NCBI GenBank assembly: GCA_964016885.1
Contig: OZ024742.1
Span: forward strand, 267,096,001-267,160,000
Direction of reading: 5' to 3'
Source: Eledone cirrhosa
Lineage: Eukaryota
DNA length: 64,000 bases
Positions within the stretch are counted from its first letter, which is position 1; each line of letters opens with the position of its first letter. Positions 27,122 to 40,014 of this stretch are shown here, one piece after another. Under the pieces are notes generated by a model that searched no databases, was not told where the DNA came from, and saw only the letters and a program-made list of their open reading frames with translations. A program made the position numbers and the translations under genes.

Positions 27122-27676
27122 AGCGGAACAAGTAAACATTAAACAACATTTTAAATAAATTAAAATAAGATTTAAATATTTACCTCTTCTAATGCCGGGA
27201 CCGACTGTTTAGCTAATCAAAAGATTGGAAATTCAGAGAATTTCAAATGGAAAGATACAGCTTTTCACACAGCTTTTCCAAACCTACTAGACATAAATCC
27301 AAGTAGAAGTAGATGTACCGCTTTCTGCCGGGTGTATGAAATCAAGCCGTTAAAAAGACTCACACATAAAAACGGAAATTATAGACTCGTTGATATTTTA
27401 TGTTACGAGAAATAGCAGCATGATACAACATTTTTTCTCTACATTAAAGGAGAATTCAAATAAATGATATAGATATTCCACTAGGTAGTAAGTACCCACG
27501 GAAATATATATGGTGTCTATAATAGTGGTTGTTCTATGGTACTAATTTGAGATACCAGAACTGTAAATATGAGCGGAACAAGTAAACATTAAACAATCTT
27601 TTAAATAAATTAAAATACGATTTAAATATTTACCTCTTCTAATGCCGTGGCCGACGGTTTCGCTGATCAAAAGATT

Positions 27677-27717
<41 letters not shown>

Positions 27718-27728
27718 TTAGTATATAA

Positions 27729-27799
<71 letters not shown>

Positions 27800-28120
27800 C
27801 GTCGAGCAAATATTTATTAAAATAACAGATTAAAGTTTAAGCTAAGAATCGCTGCTTTCAACCGTAACGGCTTCTTCTGAAACTAAAAAAAAGAAATCAA
27901 TCTGTGAATGCCGTAGTGAATATTTCGAAAATAATATTTACTTCTGCATCAACAGAAGGATTTTTTTAGTTTCAGAAGATCTCGTTAAGGGTGAAAGCAA
28001 CAATTCTTTGCTTACACTTTAATCAATTATTTTAATAAATATTTGCTCTAGGGCTCTTTTGATATTTATCCTTATTTATCCTTATCGAGACCTCTTTGGA
28101 TTTTAGACTTCACATTTATT
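27800..28120. mobile_element. Short inverted-repeat element with degenerate HHR-like core; relatives at 24830-24972 and 26605-26650
   Basis: Arms ~27804-27890 / ~27960-28048; CaGAAGA-AGCCGTTACGGTT-GAAA-GCAGC; shared CCTTATCGAG.CCTCTT.GGATTTT end. Confidence 0.55.
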
Positions 28121-28122
28121 AT

Positions 28123-28149
<27 letters not shown>

Positions 28150-28153
<4 letters not shown>

Positions 28154-31100
28154 ATTGTTGTTATTACTCTTTGAGTCTCAGTCATTGATGTTAGTTAACT
28201 GGAAAGTTTGTTGAAGTGAATATCAAGCCACTACCTGCAGCCTCAGATATTCAGGACGTATCGGAGGGTTCTTGCTGTTCCCTGCAAGCATGCCTTTTGA
28301 AGCGTTCCAAAAAGCGTGAAGGGGCCAATTTTCTTTAACCATCCCTGGAAACTTTTTGAGATAGTCCCCAGTGCGCCTATGACAATCGGGATCACTTTGA
28401 CTTCATGGCAGTTCCAAATCCTTTTTACCTCCCACTTTAAGTCCTGGTATCGGTTAATTTTCTCCCTCTCCTTCTCTTGCACTCTCGTGTCGAATGGGCA
28501 GGCCACATCCACAATCAGGCACGATCATTTTTCTTTGTCCACAACCACCAGGTCAGGTCTATTGTGTTCCAGTTTCTTGTCCGTCTGTATCCTAAAATCC
28601 CACAGCACCTTCACCTGATCGTTTTATATCATCGCCTCTGGCTTATGCTCATACCACTTCTCAGAATGTGGTAAATTGTTTACTTTGCATAGGTGCCAGT
28701 GGATCACCCTTCCCATCACATCATGTCTCCAGCCCTTATAGTGGGTCTGGGCTAGGTGTTTACACTCGGATACAATGTGAGCCACAGTCTCCTCTCTCTC
28801 TCCACAGATCCTGCACAATGGGCTAGCCTCCTCCTTGTAAATATGGTGTTTCAACCACTTCGTTTAGAGGGCCTGCTCCTGCGCAGCCATTAACATTCCT
28901 TCTGTAGCCTTTATAAGGTCTCCTCTTTTCAACCAGTTCCATGTCTGTTGATCTCTAAATTCAGTTTTCTCAAAGAACGTACTATGAAGGGATTTTTCCT
29001 GAAGGCTGCTCTTTCTCCGTGATGTTATTTCCTTCTTGGACATCCCCTGGCCTTTTGTCCCCTCCTTCAGTACAGTTCTGAGCATTGGCTCCTTACTATC
29101 AGTCACGTATTTGTGTAGGTTGTTTTTCTCCATCTGAACACAGTCCTCTATGCTGATAAGACCTCTTCCACCCTCAGATCTCCTTAAGTAGAGTCTATCG
29201 ACATCACTCCTCTTGTGGAACATGTTGTAGATAGTCAATATCTTCCTAGTCTTCCTATCCATTTCTTTTTGTTCAGCAACATTCCATCTCAGAATTCCCG
29301 CACTGTACATAATAATAGACACAGCTCGGGAATTTACTGCACTTATGGCATTCCTACTGTTCAGATGTGACTTTAATACGCTCCTTACTCTCCGAATGTA
29401 TTCAGTTCTTATCAATTCCTTCATTTTTTTGTTATTGATGTCATCAGCCTCCAGAACGCCCAAATACTTGTATCCTTCTTCAGAGTCAATTTCCTTTATC
29501 ATCTCACCTGTTGGTACCTGGATTCCGTTACTTCTGCTCAACTTACCCCTCTTCATCACAATGACTCCACACTTACTAATACCAAATTGCATACATATAT
29601 CATTGCTGAAAGTACTGACAGTGTCAACAAGCACATCCAACTCCTTCTCACTCTTCCCGAAGAGCTTAGGATCGTCCATGAAGAGGAGGTGATTGATGGT
29701 AAGCCCTCCCTTTCCCAACCTGTATCCTGCTCTCACTTTTCGCAGTACACTGGTCAGGGGCATCAGGGCAAGGACAAACAACAGAGGGGACAGACTATCT
29801 CCCTGGAAGATACCTCTCTTGATCTTCACGCTTCCCAAGGATTCTCCAGTTGATGTTAACTCTGTTTCCCAGGACTTCATACTTTTGCCCAACAACTGTC
29901 TGATGTTATCTGCCACCTTGAAGATCTGCAGGCTTTTGGTGATCCAAGAATGAGGCACCATGTCAAATGCCTTTTTGTAGTCTATCCATCCCATGGCAAG
30001 ACCAGTGTGTCTCCTCTTGCAATTCTTCATTAACATCTTATCAATAAGTAACTGGTCCTTTGTACCACGTGACTTCTTTCGGCATCCTTTCTGTTCGTCC
30101 GGTCACAAGTTGTTTGTGTGGAGGTGATGGTAGATTTCCTCAGACATAATGCTTGTTAACAGTTTCCACATTACGGACAGACATGTGATAGGTCTTTAGT
30201 TGGTAACATCATTACCCTTGATTCGGTCTTTCATTATCAGAACTGTGGTACCTTTTGTCAACCACTCTGGTACTTCACCTGACATCAAGCAGTCATTGAA
30301 GATGGTTGTCAGTTTCGGGTGGAGGGATGTTATATTTTTAATCCAATACCCCTGCACACCATCTGGGCCTGGTGATTTCCAGTTGGTTAGTTTTTTCGGC
30401 CTGCCCCTTAAGAGTTTCAACTGTGATACTCAAATCAGTTTGTTGGTGTGCCTGTTCACTAATCTCCTTCTGTACTGTCTCAATCCACACTGCCTGGTCA
30501 TTATGTTTAACATCCTGCTCCCATATTCCTCTCCAGAATGTTTTAGTCAGGGATCAAGTCGTTGCCTCTTTCTTTCCCTTCAAGCTGTCCAAACAGCATC
30601 TTCTGGTTGTTGTTGAACATGCGGTTCTGTCTATACTGGCTGGCTCTGTTCTCGTATCGCCTGATTTTTGCACTCTTTGCTACAATGCGTTGCTTCAGTT
30701 CCTCATTGATAATATTTAGATTTTTCCTCCTAGTTTTGTACTTTATTTCCAGTCTATTTTTAGTGTTTATGTTTTTTAGTATCCCATTCAGTAGGGACTC
30801 AAGCTTTCCAATGTCATTTCTCATTTCCCTGATTTGACCACTCAGTTGTTTCTTCCACCAAGGCTCTGCTCTTTCTTGTCTGTTGTTTCCTCTCGCTTTT
30901 ATACCAAGTAGTTTCCTCACCGTATTTACTGTTGCTTTGAGGATATTGTTGCACTGGTGAAGGCTCCTTGCCTCAAGGTATGGGATGACTTTGTTTACCT
31001 TAGCTGTTGTTTCTTTTAACTTTTTCCTGTCTACAAATCTTAGGTTCATAGGTTTCCCACTATCATTGTTCAATTCATCTACCACTAAGTTTAGGATATC

Positions 31101-31790
31101 AACCAAATCTTGTCCTAGCCCGTCAGCATTCATCTCCTCAGTGGCCGTATCTCTGTTCCAGGTATTATTTATCTCAGGATTCAGATCATTGTCTGCTTCG
31201 GGTGGTTCCTCCGTTCTCTCGACCTCTTCACCTTCATTTCCCACTGGCTCGTTTGCCTGGCTCTCCATCTCTCCACTCTCCATCTCCAAGCAAATATCTC
31301 TGCTCAGATCCTCCAGTTCCAGCTCGCGTATCCACCCATTAGTTCTTATTACCCGAGCCTGCCCGGCCAATTTTTGTTCATCTAATTTAAATAGACCAAT
31401 CTCGTTCCAGATGTTATGCATCCGTTTCCTATAGCCTTTCTCCTTGGGGTTACTCTTCAGGTAACATTGCATAACAGTTTTATTCAATTCTTTCGTCCAG
31501 TTGGTTCTGGTCCCTTTCCTTCTTCTTCTTCCTCCGACACCAGCAGTATTTTGTTGACAGCCATGTCCCTGCTGCTGAGCCAGGGAGCACCTGTTGGGTG
31601 AGAGTCTGTTACATGACATTCTAGTCTCCATTTCACCGTTATTCCAACTGTGTAGGTTCGACATTTAAACACTCTTATCGAGGATTGGCGAATGTATGGT
31701 TACATAACCACCGGTGAATTCATCGCCTCCGGTGGTTTCATCACTCCACGTGATTTTTGTGTGGCATTATCACGCTGTAGACGAACATAA
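28150..31790 (-). mobile_element. Near full-length R4/Dong-clade non-LTR retrotransposon (RT plus restriction-like endonuclease), inactivated
   Basis: [93 protein letters not shown]; 3' end runs into (TAA)n. Confidence 0.92.
28243..31664 (-). pseudogene. Single RT-RLE ORF broken by frameshifts and stops
   Basis: ORF pieces 30543-31664, 30196-30420, 28864-30036, 28624-28854, 28243-28512. Confidence 0.9.
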
Positions 31791-31799
31791 ATAAACAAA

Positions 31800-33080
31800 C
31801 AAACAAACAAACAGGCAAAAAAAACCCCCCAAAAGTGAATAAGCATAAGTTTCATTGTAATGTAGTGTTTAAATGTCTGACTTAGTTTTTCTCTTCCCTT
31901 CTCCCCGTCTGTTTGTTTTTCTCTTCATTTTTATTATTATTTACGTTTTTTGTTGTTGCTGTACTGCTTTGATTTTGATTTTTGTATTTTTGATTTTGAC
32001 CGGGTCATCAATTCAGTCTATTTATATATTTTGATGCCTTCCTCTTTTAGTGGGGATTCTACAATGTAGCAGGATTCTACAATGTAGCAGTGATGAGGCA
32101 GTGGTGGTGGTGGTGGTGGCGGTGCAGTGCTAGCAGCAACTAGCAGGAGGTAGTGGGAGAGAATAGCGGCGGTAGCGATAATGAGGCAGTGGTGGTGGTG
32201 ATGTGGTCGTATTACTGTAGTGATGGTGTTGAAGTTGGGGTAGAAATAGCGGTTGAGTCGACTTGATCAGAGTTTTCATCGTGGTAGCGGTGGTGGTGTT
32301 GGTGGTGAAATTATCTTTAGTTATTTAGTCATTTTGTCATTTACCTCCTTTTCGACTCTAACATTCCTGATCCAAAATTAAATATTAATCTTGTTTATTA
32401 ATATTGTCTAGTGATACCGCCATCTTCCTCTTTCGTAAGTTAACAGAAGGTAATGGGGGATAGTGGTGGTAGCAATGAAGGAGTGGTGGCGGCGGTGATG
32501 GGATAGTGGTAGTAATGTTGGATGGGCGGCGGTGGCGGTGACTGTAGTGATGGCGTTGTCGTTACTGAGTTTTGTTGAATGAACTCACTTTTTGTTTGAT
32601 CGGTGAATCTATGGGGTTAGTCGCGTATAAGTGTTGACATATTTTCTTAATATTGGAATTAAACATTTTGTTAAAACTTCAGACAATAATAATAGTAATT
32701 ATTATTATTATGCTGAGATTGGTTGTGGTGGTGGTGGTGAAATTGCCGTTATCTGGCTGTTGTGTTTAGTGTACACATAGGGGTGATGGGGTAGGTGGTG
32801 TATCTAGTTTCTGGTGTTGATGAAATTGCTGTTATTTGGCTGTTCTAGACAGAGGGGGTTTTCTTCCATTTATAACCATTTTCTTTTTTGAATATAAAAT
32901 GTATAATACAAAATTGAATATTTGAGCGATATAACAATACATTATGGATCCGAATTTTTTGGGGTCTCAAGCCGGATGCCTTATGCATCATTTGTACTAA
33001 GAATTGTTATTTCACAATTGATTTAAATATGTTAAAAATCAAAACTTACGGGAGCGATTTCACGACCTTCTATCCACCAT
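31800..33080 (-). mobile_element. Possible degenerate 5' portion of a Tx1-like element, head-to-head with the next copy
   Basis: Minus strand is ACC/AAC-rich like the ORF1 starts at 33360 and 40550, and begins with a similar GCTCC-G..TTTG..TTTT leader. Confidence 0.3.
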
Positions 33081-33108
33081 GTGCGTCTTCTTCCCTATTA
33101 TTCTTCCC

Positions 33109-33145
<37 letters not shown>

Positions 33146-33359
33146 GGCGACAAACGTAGGATATCGTATCAACGTGAGCTCCGCAAACGTTTGTTGTTTT
33201 CAGTTGTTTCAAATTGCCAGTTATGGAAATTTTTTGTTGTTAAGTGTTTATAAGTTCACATATATTGCTTTCTGAAAAGGACACTCAATAATATTGGGGC
33301 CTCCACCCCAAAATTTAAACTTTTTATTCATCAAACAAAATATTTCTTTGAAAAAAATC

Positions 33360-35260
33360 ATGGACGACAAATCTCCTGTTTCTAGCAGACTGGCATCACC
33401 CACCACCACCAACATTGTCGGCCTTGCCACGGTTGCCAACACTGAAAATGTAATTAATGGCAGTCTCATTATTTGAATTTACCGCATACAGGCGTGAATT
33501 TCCCGCCATTACCAATATCTGCAGGTGTTAAAGCACCACCCCACCACCACAATGTAAACAAAAACAACCAACACCACTGATACTACCACCACAACCACCA
33601 CAGCGACAACAGAAACAAAAAATAAATTATTATCTCGTAACATCGAAATAGATTCACCCAGAATCGACTCTTCCACGCCGAATACCACTGACACCACCAC
33701 CACATCGACCACAACTGAAGCTAAAAATAACAATAACTAAAACAACAACAACAGCAACAACAACAACAATGAGAATAACAACAACATCAACGCAAAACAA
33801 AATGTGTCGTTTGCTAAAGCAGCCAAGAAAAGCGAAACAATCGAGGTAAGCCAGGATGAATTAAATGAAGCCAAGAGAATGGTAAAAAAAGATGGGTACC
33901 GGGGCATCCTCACCCCCCCCCCCCATCTAATAAAATGGAGCATCGGCGCCTATGCACCGTGTTATATCCGACGATAAACACAAAATCACGCCGAGTGGAA
34001 TGGGCATCACAGTCCCAGATACAAAATCTTGTGTACATGTGTGGGCGAAAAAACCCCACATCAGACGTGGGCAGAAATATGAAACCGTGGACGTATTCTT
34101 TGGAACCCCACAGGAAGCCATAGAGCACTCCTTGGCCCTATTAAGAAGTGACGAGTTCACACTCGTCCCAAGCTATTGTGGTTAGAGACTCGTGAAGATC
34201 AGGGTGACCCACGTTCCACCGGCCATCGCTGACTAATGGCTGCCGTCCTCGCCGACATCGAGGCCAACACTAAAATTATTGAGGTAACAAAAGAACAGCA
34301 GGAGTACTGGTCCGGATCTGGGTGGAGCTCCTGATCCAAGCGGACCAAAAAAACATTGAAGAAATTCAAGAAGTGATAGACCTCAATGAAGGAAGCCACC
34401 TCACTGTAATCGTTGAGGATAGAAGGCCTAGGTGTGTCGTTTGTGGCGAAGGAACCCACCTAAAGGCTTTCTGCCCTCAGGCTAAAAACTTGAAGCCACC
34501 TCTCCTACCAACCCCAGTGACGCAACCATCAAAACCTGTAGCAGAAATAGTAGCAACAACTGTAGCAGCAACAGCAGAAGCAACTCTAGCAGCAACAACC
34601 CCAGCAACTGTAGCAGCAACAGTAGCAAAACCAACACCACCAACACCCACCGCGCCAGAATTAGCACCAGCGGCTCCACCATCCGCCACTCCACGAATAA
34701 AACCAACGCCTGTGGAGGATTTTCCACTCCCCGACCTATCGCAACTGGAGACAGATTGTGACGACGAGGAGTGGGAAACTGTATCAGGAAAAAAGAATAA
34801 AAAAGAACCCCAAAAAGAAAAAAACCCTCTTCCTTCGCCCTCAAAAAACAAAATGCAGAGGGAAACAAACATACAAACAAACAAAACAGTTAGACAGCTA
34901 TTCCACCACCCACACCAGCCTAAACGGGCCCATCACCACAAAAACCGACACCATCACAAACACCACAAAAATCACCAACAAGCGAAACAGATACAAACCC
35001 ACAGCAAACCAAACATAACAAAACAACCAAAACGATACACACGACAAAACATTAAATTTGAACAACAACCAATTATTACACTACATCCAACATAACACCA
35101 GCATCACAGAAAAAGACTACACAACACCCAAAAATTCACACCACCTCCACACATACAAATCACTCGCATCACACAGAAAACTTACACGACACTAACATTA
35201 AAATTCCCCAAGGACATCGGAGATTTCCGACAAACACTCTCCAGGAGGAGTTATAATGAC
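33360..35260 (+). pseudogene. ORF1 (gag-like, CCHC knuckle, Thr/Pro/Ala-rich tail), disrupted
   Basis: ORF fragments 33952-34185 and 34322-35095. Confidence 0.7.
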
Positions 35261-35370
35261 ATCCTTCCGGAGGAGGCCACAAGCAGTGGTGGGAAGGACG
35301 GAAAAACCATCCTTCCTCTACGGGAAGTGAGATAAGTGGTCTTTCCCATCTTTTTCCACTCCTTTTCAAA

Positions 35371-38300
35371 ATGACCTCACTCAGAATAGGCAGCATAAAT
35401 GCGCGTGGCCGGGGGATCGTCATGGAAGCAGGACCACCTACTCAACTATCTCAGGTCACTAAACATAGATGTAGTGGCCATAAGCGAGATCAGAATCTCC
35501 GAAGCACGGGCCTTCGCACCGATCTTCGGCGGCTACGATGTATACGCATCTCCCAGCCGTCCTGGATCGGGGGGAGGAGTTGCTGTGGCTTTTCGGAGAT
35601 GCTTGGATCTCGCCATACGGGCCATCCTCCTGGATCTAGAAGGTAAGTTGGTGGTGCTGAGCGTGACCAGCAGAGACGGGAAAGCTTTCAGGCTAGTGGC
35701 CGGCTTTGCCCGACAGGAGCAGGGCGGCCTGATTTCTTCCGGCGTCAGGAGACCTTTCTTGAAACGTCCCGCCTTTAGTGTTAGTGGGCGACTGGAACGG
35801 GATCTTAGATGCACGCTGGGACTGTGTGGGATTAACGGGTAGGGAAGGAGGGTGCTAGAGCCTCGCAAACCTTCTCAGACGGTTTCAACTTTCTGACAGG
35901 TACCGTCTGGATTTCCCGAATGTGCCAATGTGGACATAGACAAACTGCATCGGGTCATCCAGATCATATTTTGATACGGTATTTTGTAGGGAAATAGATA
36001 GGTCTAGCATAGGCTGTCCACATTTCAAAATAGTCGACTACACGGACCACAAATTCGTGATCTGTGAGGTTGACTTAGATAGGCTTCATAGACAGGGACC
36101 CGGCTACTGGAAGCTAAACGCGTCGTTAACAGCGCGCAAGCCCTATAGAGACCGGATTAACGAACTAGTTAAGCGGGCGTTGACGGGGGCGATCGTCAAC
36201 AACAAATGGTGGTTTGCTCTGAAAAGAGCGATTAGAATAGAGTCTATTAGCTTTAATAACGTTTAGCAATAGAGAAAAATAGAGCAGAGTGAGAACTAGT
36301 TAGAAAATTAGACGAGGCTCTTAGTTAATGCATCACGACCGACGAAATTGGCCCTTGACCAATTCTTCAATGCAAAGCACGAAGGCTGCGTTGTCAGAGA
36401 TAGGGTGCGTACTCTCAGATACGAGGGCACGAAAGCCGTTCAATGGGCCGGAGTGGCAGAGGTGAGTCGTGGCAATAAATCCTCGATCCGGTCTTTGGTG
36501 GACCACGACGGGTGCATGCTACTAGATCCCGGGAAAATGTGTGAAGCTTTTCAGCGACACTTCGCTCAGCTGTTCGGGGTTAGCAGCGAGCCGGATCGAG
36601 GGATGGACTTTAGTGCCTACCTCACCGGACTGCCGCGGCTCTCGGCCACTGAGGCGGAGTGTTGCGAAAAGCCGATAACAGCCGCTGAAGTACGGATGGC
36701 AATGACTGGCTGCACAAGAGGTAAATCGCCTGGTTTGGATGGTCTGCCCTACGAACTTTACGTACACATGCCAGCCTTACTCGGAGGCCTCTTGGCGGAC
36801 GTCTACTGCAACTTGCAACAGAACGTGAGAATTCCCAGCTCTGTGAGTCGAGGTGCGGTGGCGCTACTTAGAAAGGATCCGAACAAAGGGGATAACATAG
36901 ATAATTTCAGGCGCATAACTCTGCTAAACACAGAGTTCAAGATTTTGGCCAAGGTGCTAACAAAGAGGTTGACGCTTGTCGTTAGTGGTCTGGTGTGAGA
37001 GGCGCAGACATGCGCCTTCCAGACAGATCTATCCACGACAACCTTCACCTCATGCGATACATCGTGGAGAGGGTAGCTAGGGAACCTGGCACGGGTGAGT
37101 CCTTGATCAATTTAGATCAGTCGATAGCTTTCGATAGGTTCGACCATCGTTATCTGGTGGCAGTCCTGAGGGCGGCTGGCTTTGGGCCCGTCTTCAGAGG
37201 CATGATCACTGCCATGCACAGCAACATCTGCTCTGTGGTGATATTGAACGGTTACCTTTCGGAACCGATCAACATCATGCACTCTGTCCGCCAAGGATGC
37301 CCCCTCACGTCCCTGTTGTACGTATTGATTCTCGAACCATTACTACCCAAACTGGAGGCGTTGAGTGGGGTCCCGCGCGAAATAGATGGCGGAAGATCCG
37401 TGTCAGCATATGCGGACGATGTCACCGTAGTGGTGTCGAACGCCAAACACCTCGAGGTGATCGGCATTACACTAAGAGAATACGAGGCGGTGACAGGAGC
37501 AATGAACAAAAATGAAAAGTCGGTGGTCCTGCAGCTTGACACCAGCAGAGGCAGGTCCATGCCGTCCAACAGCGTCGACGGGCGCTGGACGAACGGTCTG
37601 GTTAAATTGCTAGGCGTCTGGTTCGGTCCGGACCTCCAGCCGGACAAAAACTGGGACGAGGTGACGAGCAGGGTGGCTTCTCTCACCCAGAAATGGGCAG
37701 AGAGGAAGCTATCCATGAAAGGTCGAGCGGAGGCGGCGAATGCGTACACCGCGTCCGTCATCTACTACCGCCTGACCATCGTGCCTTGTCGTAAGCCTTG
37801 CCTGACTGCGCTGGAACGTTTGCTCTTTCGCTTTTTGTGGAAGGGACGCGCTCCGATGATCAAGCGATCTATCTGCTGTCAACACCCGCTACGTGGAGGG
37901 CTGGGCAAGCTGTGGCTGATGATGCGCAGATACGCGCTTAGGCTACGACATCTCCTCCTCTTCCTCGACGGTGATCAGGTGTGGTCGTCGTTTGCTAGAC
38001 GCGCCTTTCCCCAGCTCGTCTCCTTGACGGAGCTGCAGTCCTGTGTCAAGCGAAGACCGAGAGGGAACGCTTGGAGACTGGAATGTCTTCAGGCGCTCAC
38101 AGTCCTCGACCAGTCGGGCAATGTGATCAGTGCAAACTCCACCTTGGCGTTCTATAGAAGATTAGTGGAGGGGAAGTACGACGACGCTTTGTGGAAACTC
38201 TAGGCGTCGACGAAATTCAATTAGCCTATGTCTTCGGCAGTGCTATCGGGCCGGGGCCTATGGACCACTTCCAGAAATCCCTGGCCTGGCAATGCCACCT

Positions 38301-38718
38301 AGGACCTTTGCCAGTTCGGGATAAACTCTACAGGCATGGAGGTGCCGTCAGCCGGACATGTCCGAGATGCGCACAGGGCGACGAAACCGTCCTGCTGCCG
38401 CGTGTAGGACGGATCCCGCTCTCAGTTGAGTCCATCGTGAGGATTGCACCGCCATCTTCCTTTAGCCAGGAAGGGCAGGTAGTTTTTATCTATCTGGTGG
38501 CCATGGCGAAAGAAATAGTATGGTGGACGCGTTTGAAAAGTCTGAAGACGAGCACTTACTTCTTCGGTGATGCCCTGATTAACTTTTTCAAATTTCCAAT
38601 GAAAAGGAAAATCAGGGTAGAGATGGAAGTGCTCTCTTCCCAGCATTTTGTTGAAAGATGGGTGAGAGAGGCAAGAATGGCCCGAGCGAATGGGCTTACT
38701 CTGAGTATCTGCCTGTAA
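35371..38718 (+). pseudogene. ORF2 (APE-RT-Zn finger), frameshifted
   Basis: ORF fragments 35371, 35399, 36057, 36348, 36995, 38191. Confidence 0.9.
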
Positions 38719-38992
38719 ATTGAAGGGGGAAAACTGGGAGAGGGCACTTGCCCTGATGGTCAGGGTCACCGTGGCTTTTTTAATGGGCTTTCTCCACGAT
38801 GTCCCTCGGAAGTCTCCCCCCTATTGGGGAATTTTTCATTGGTTCTTTTTTTGTTACATCCTCTGTATTTGTTTTTTTACACGCGGAATGCCCCTTTGTA
38901 CCGTCCTGTTTTGCCCTGTATTTTCCTTAATGTCTTACCTTGTGTAAACCCTTGTGGTTAATAAAGAGAGCATTATTATTATTATTATTTAT

Positions 38993-39132
<140 letters not shown>

Positions 39133-39574
39133 GTGTGTGTGTGTGTGTGTAGAAGTTGGTGGTTCATCACTGGATAGAACGCGTCATTCAGTATAGTTAA
39201 CAATGACTGGATATTAGGATAAGCACCCAACGTGACGCAACACATCCATCCTTGGTGTAAGTTTCAGTTGCCAGTGCGTGAACGGAGTTCAATATTATTG
39301 AATAAAGTGACAAGAGGTCAGAAATTTGAGATTCCTTTAAAGTATTTATTTCTGCAGACACTATATATATCTAATATTTTTCAATGGTCAGTAGAATTTC
39401 AGTGACATCATCAGGTACATTGCATAACAATCATAAAAGAATCATGGTAACGCAAGCTGCGTACACGAAGACAAAAAATAAAAAAATAAAATGGGTGATA
39501 TTTGATTCGGGAGCACCCTTCGCCCGTTCGTTTTGAATATGTGTGTGTGTGTATACATATATGTGTGATCCTGT

Positions 39575-39832
39575 AGTATTGAAAGAGGCCAACTGGGGGA
39601 GGGTGCTGCCTTTAACGGTCAGGTTGACCGTGGTTTTTGCGGTCTTTTTCCATGAGTAACTCTCGGTGATCTCTCTCCTATTGGGGGTTTTCCCTTTGTT
39701 TCCCTTTTTTTACATCATTTATTTTTGTTTCCTTTTTTATTTCACACGCAGAAACCCATATTTGTACAGTCCTGTACCTCCCTGTGTTGTCATTAATGCA
39801 TTTGTTTTGTAAACCCTTTTGCGGTTAATAAA
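39575..39832 (+). mobile_element. 3' UTR fragment of the Tx1-like family
   Basis: Similar to 38720-38966 (CCTATTGGGG, AAACCCTT..GGTTAATAAAG). Confidence 0.7.
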
Positions 39833-40013
39833 GGCGGTGGTTTGGTACAGCGTCAAACACTTTGCTTTGTAGCAGAGAGCTATATTCTGAGTCCAAATCC
39901 CGCCGATGTTATCTTCGCCTTTCATCCTTACGGGGTCGAGAAAATAAAGCACTAGTAATGCACTGGGGTAATTGCTGACCTTGTACCCAAAGTAGAAACA
40001 TTATTATTATTAT
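39832..40013 (+). mobile_element. tRNA-derived SINE
   Basis: GGCGGTGG start, B-box-like GAGTCCAAATCCC, CCTTTCATCCTTACGGGGTCGA core, ATT tail. Confidence 0.75.
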
Positions 40014-40014
40014 T

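Larger units (their letters stand above)
33146..38971 (+). mobile_element. Full-length but decayed L1/Tx1-like LINE inserted in (ATT)n
   Basis: ORF1 zinc knuckle CVVCGEGTHLKAFC; ORF2 with APE (SINARG, DVVAISE, DHK, GYWKLNASL), RT (KSPGLDG, ITLLNTEFKILAK, LDQSIAFD, RQGCPL, YADD) and C-terminal CPRC..ET; AATAAA at 38960; ATT repeats on both sides. Confidence 0.9.

Noticed and set aside
29345-31601. Plus-strand ORFs overlapping the Dong element, and minus-strand ORFs over the Tx1 copies
   Set aside because: Antisense shadows of retrotransposon coding sequence
31660-31790. HDV-like ribozyme in the 5' UTR of the R4/Dong element
   Set aside because: Only a simple hairpin (AACCACCGG/CCGGTGGTT) is visible; no nested double pseudoknot could be assigned
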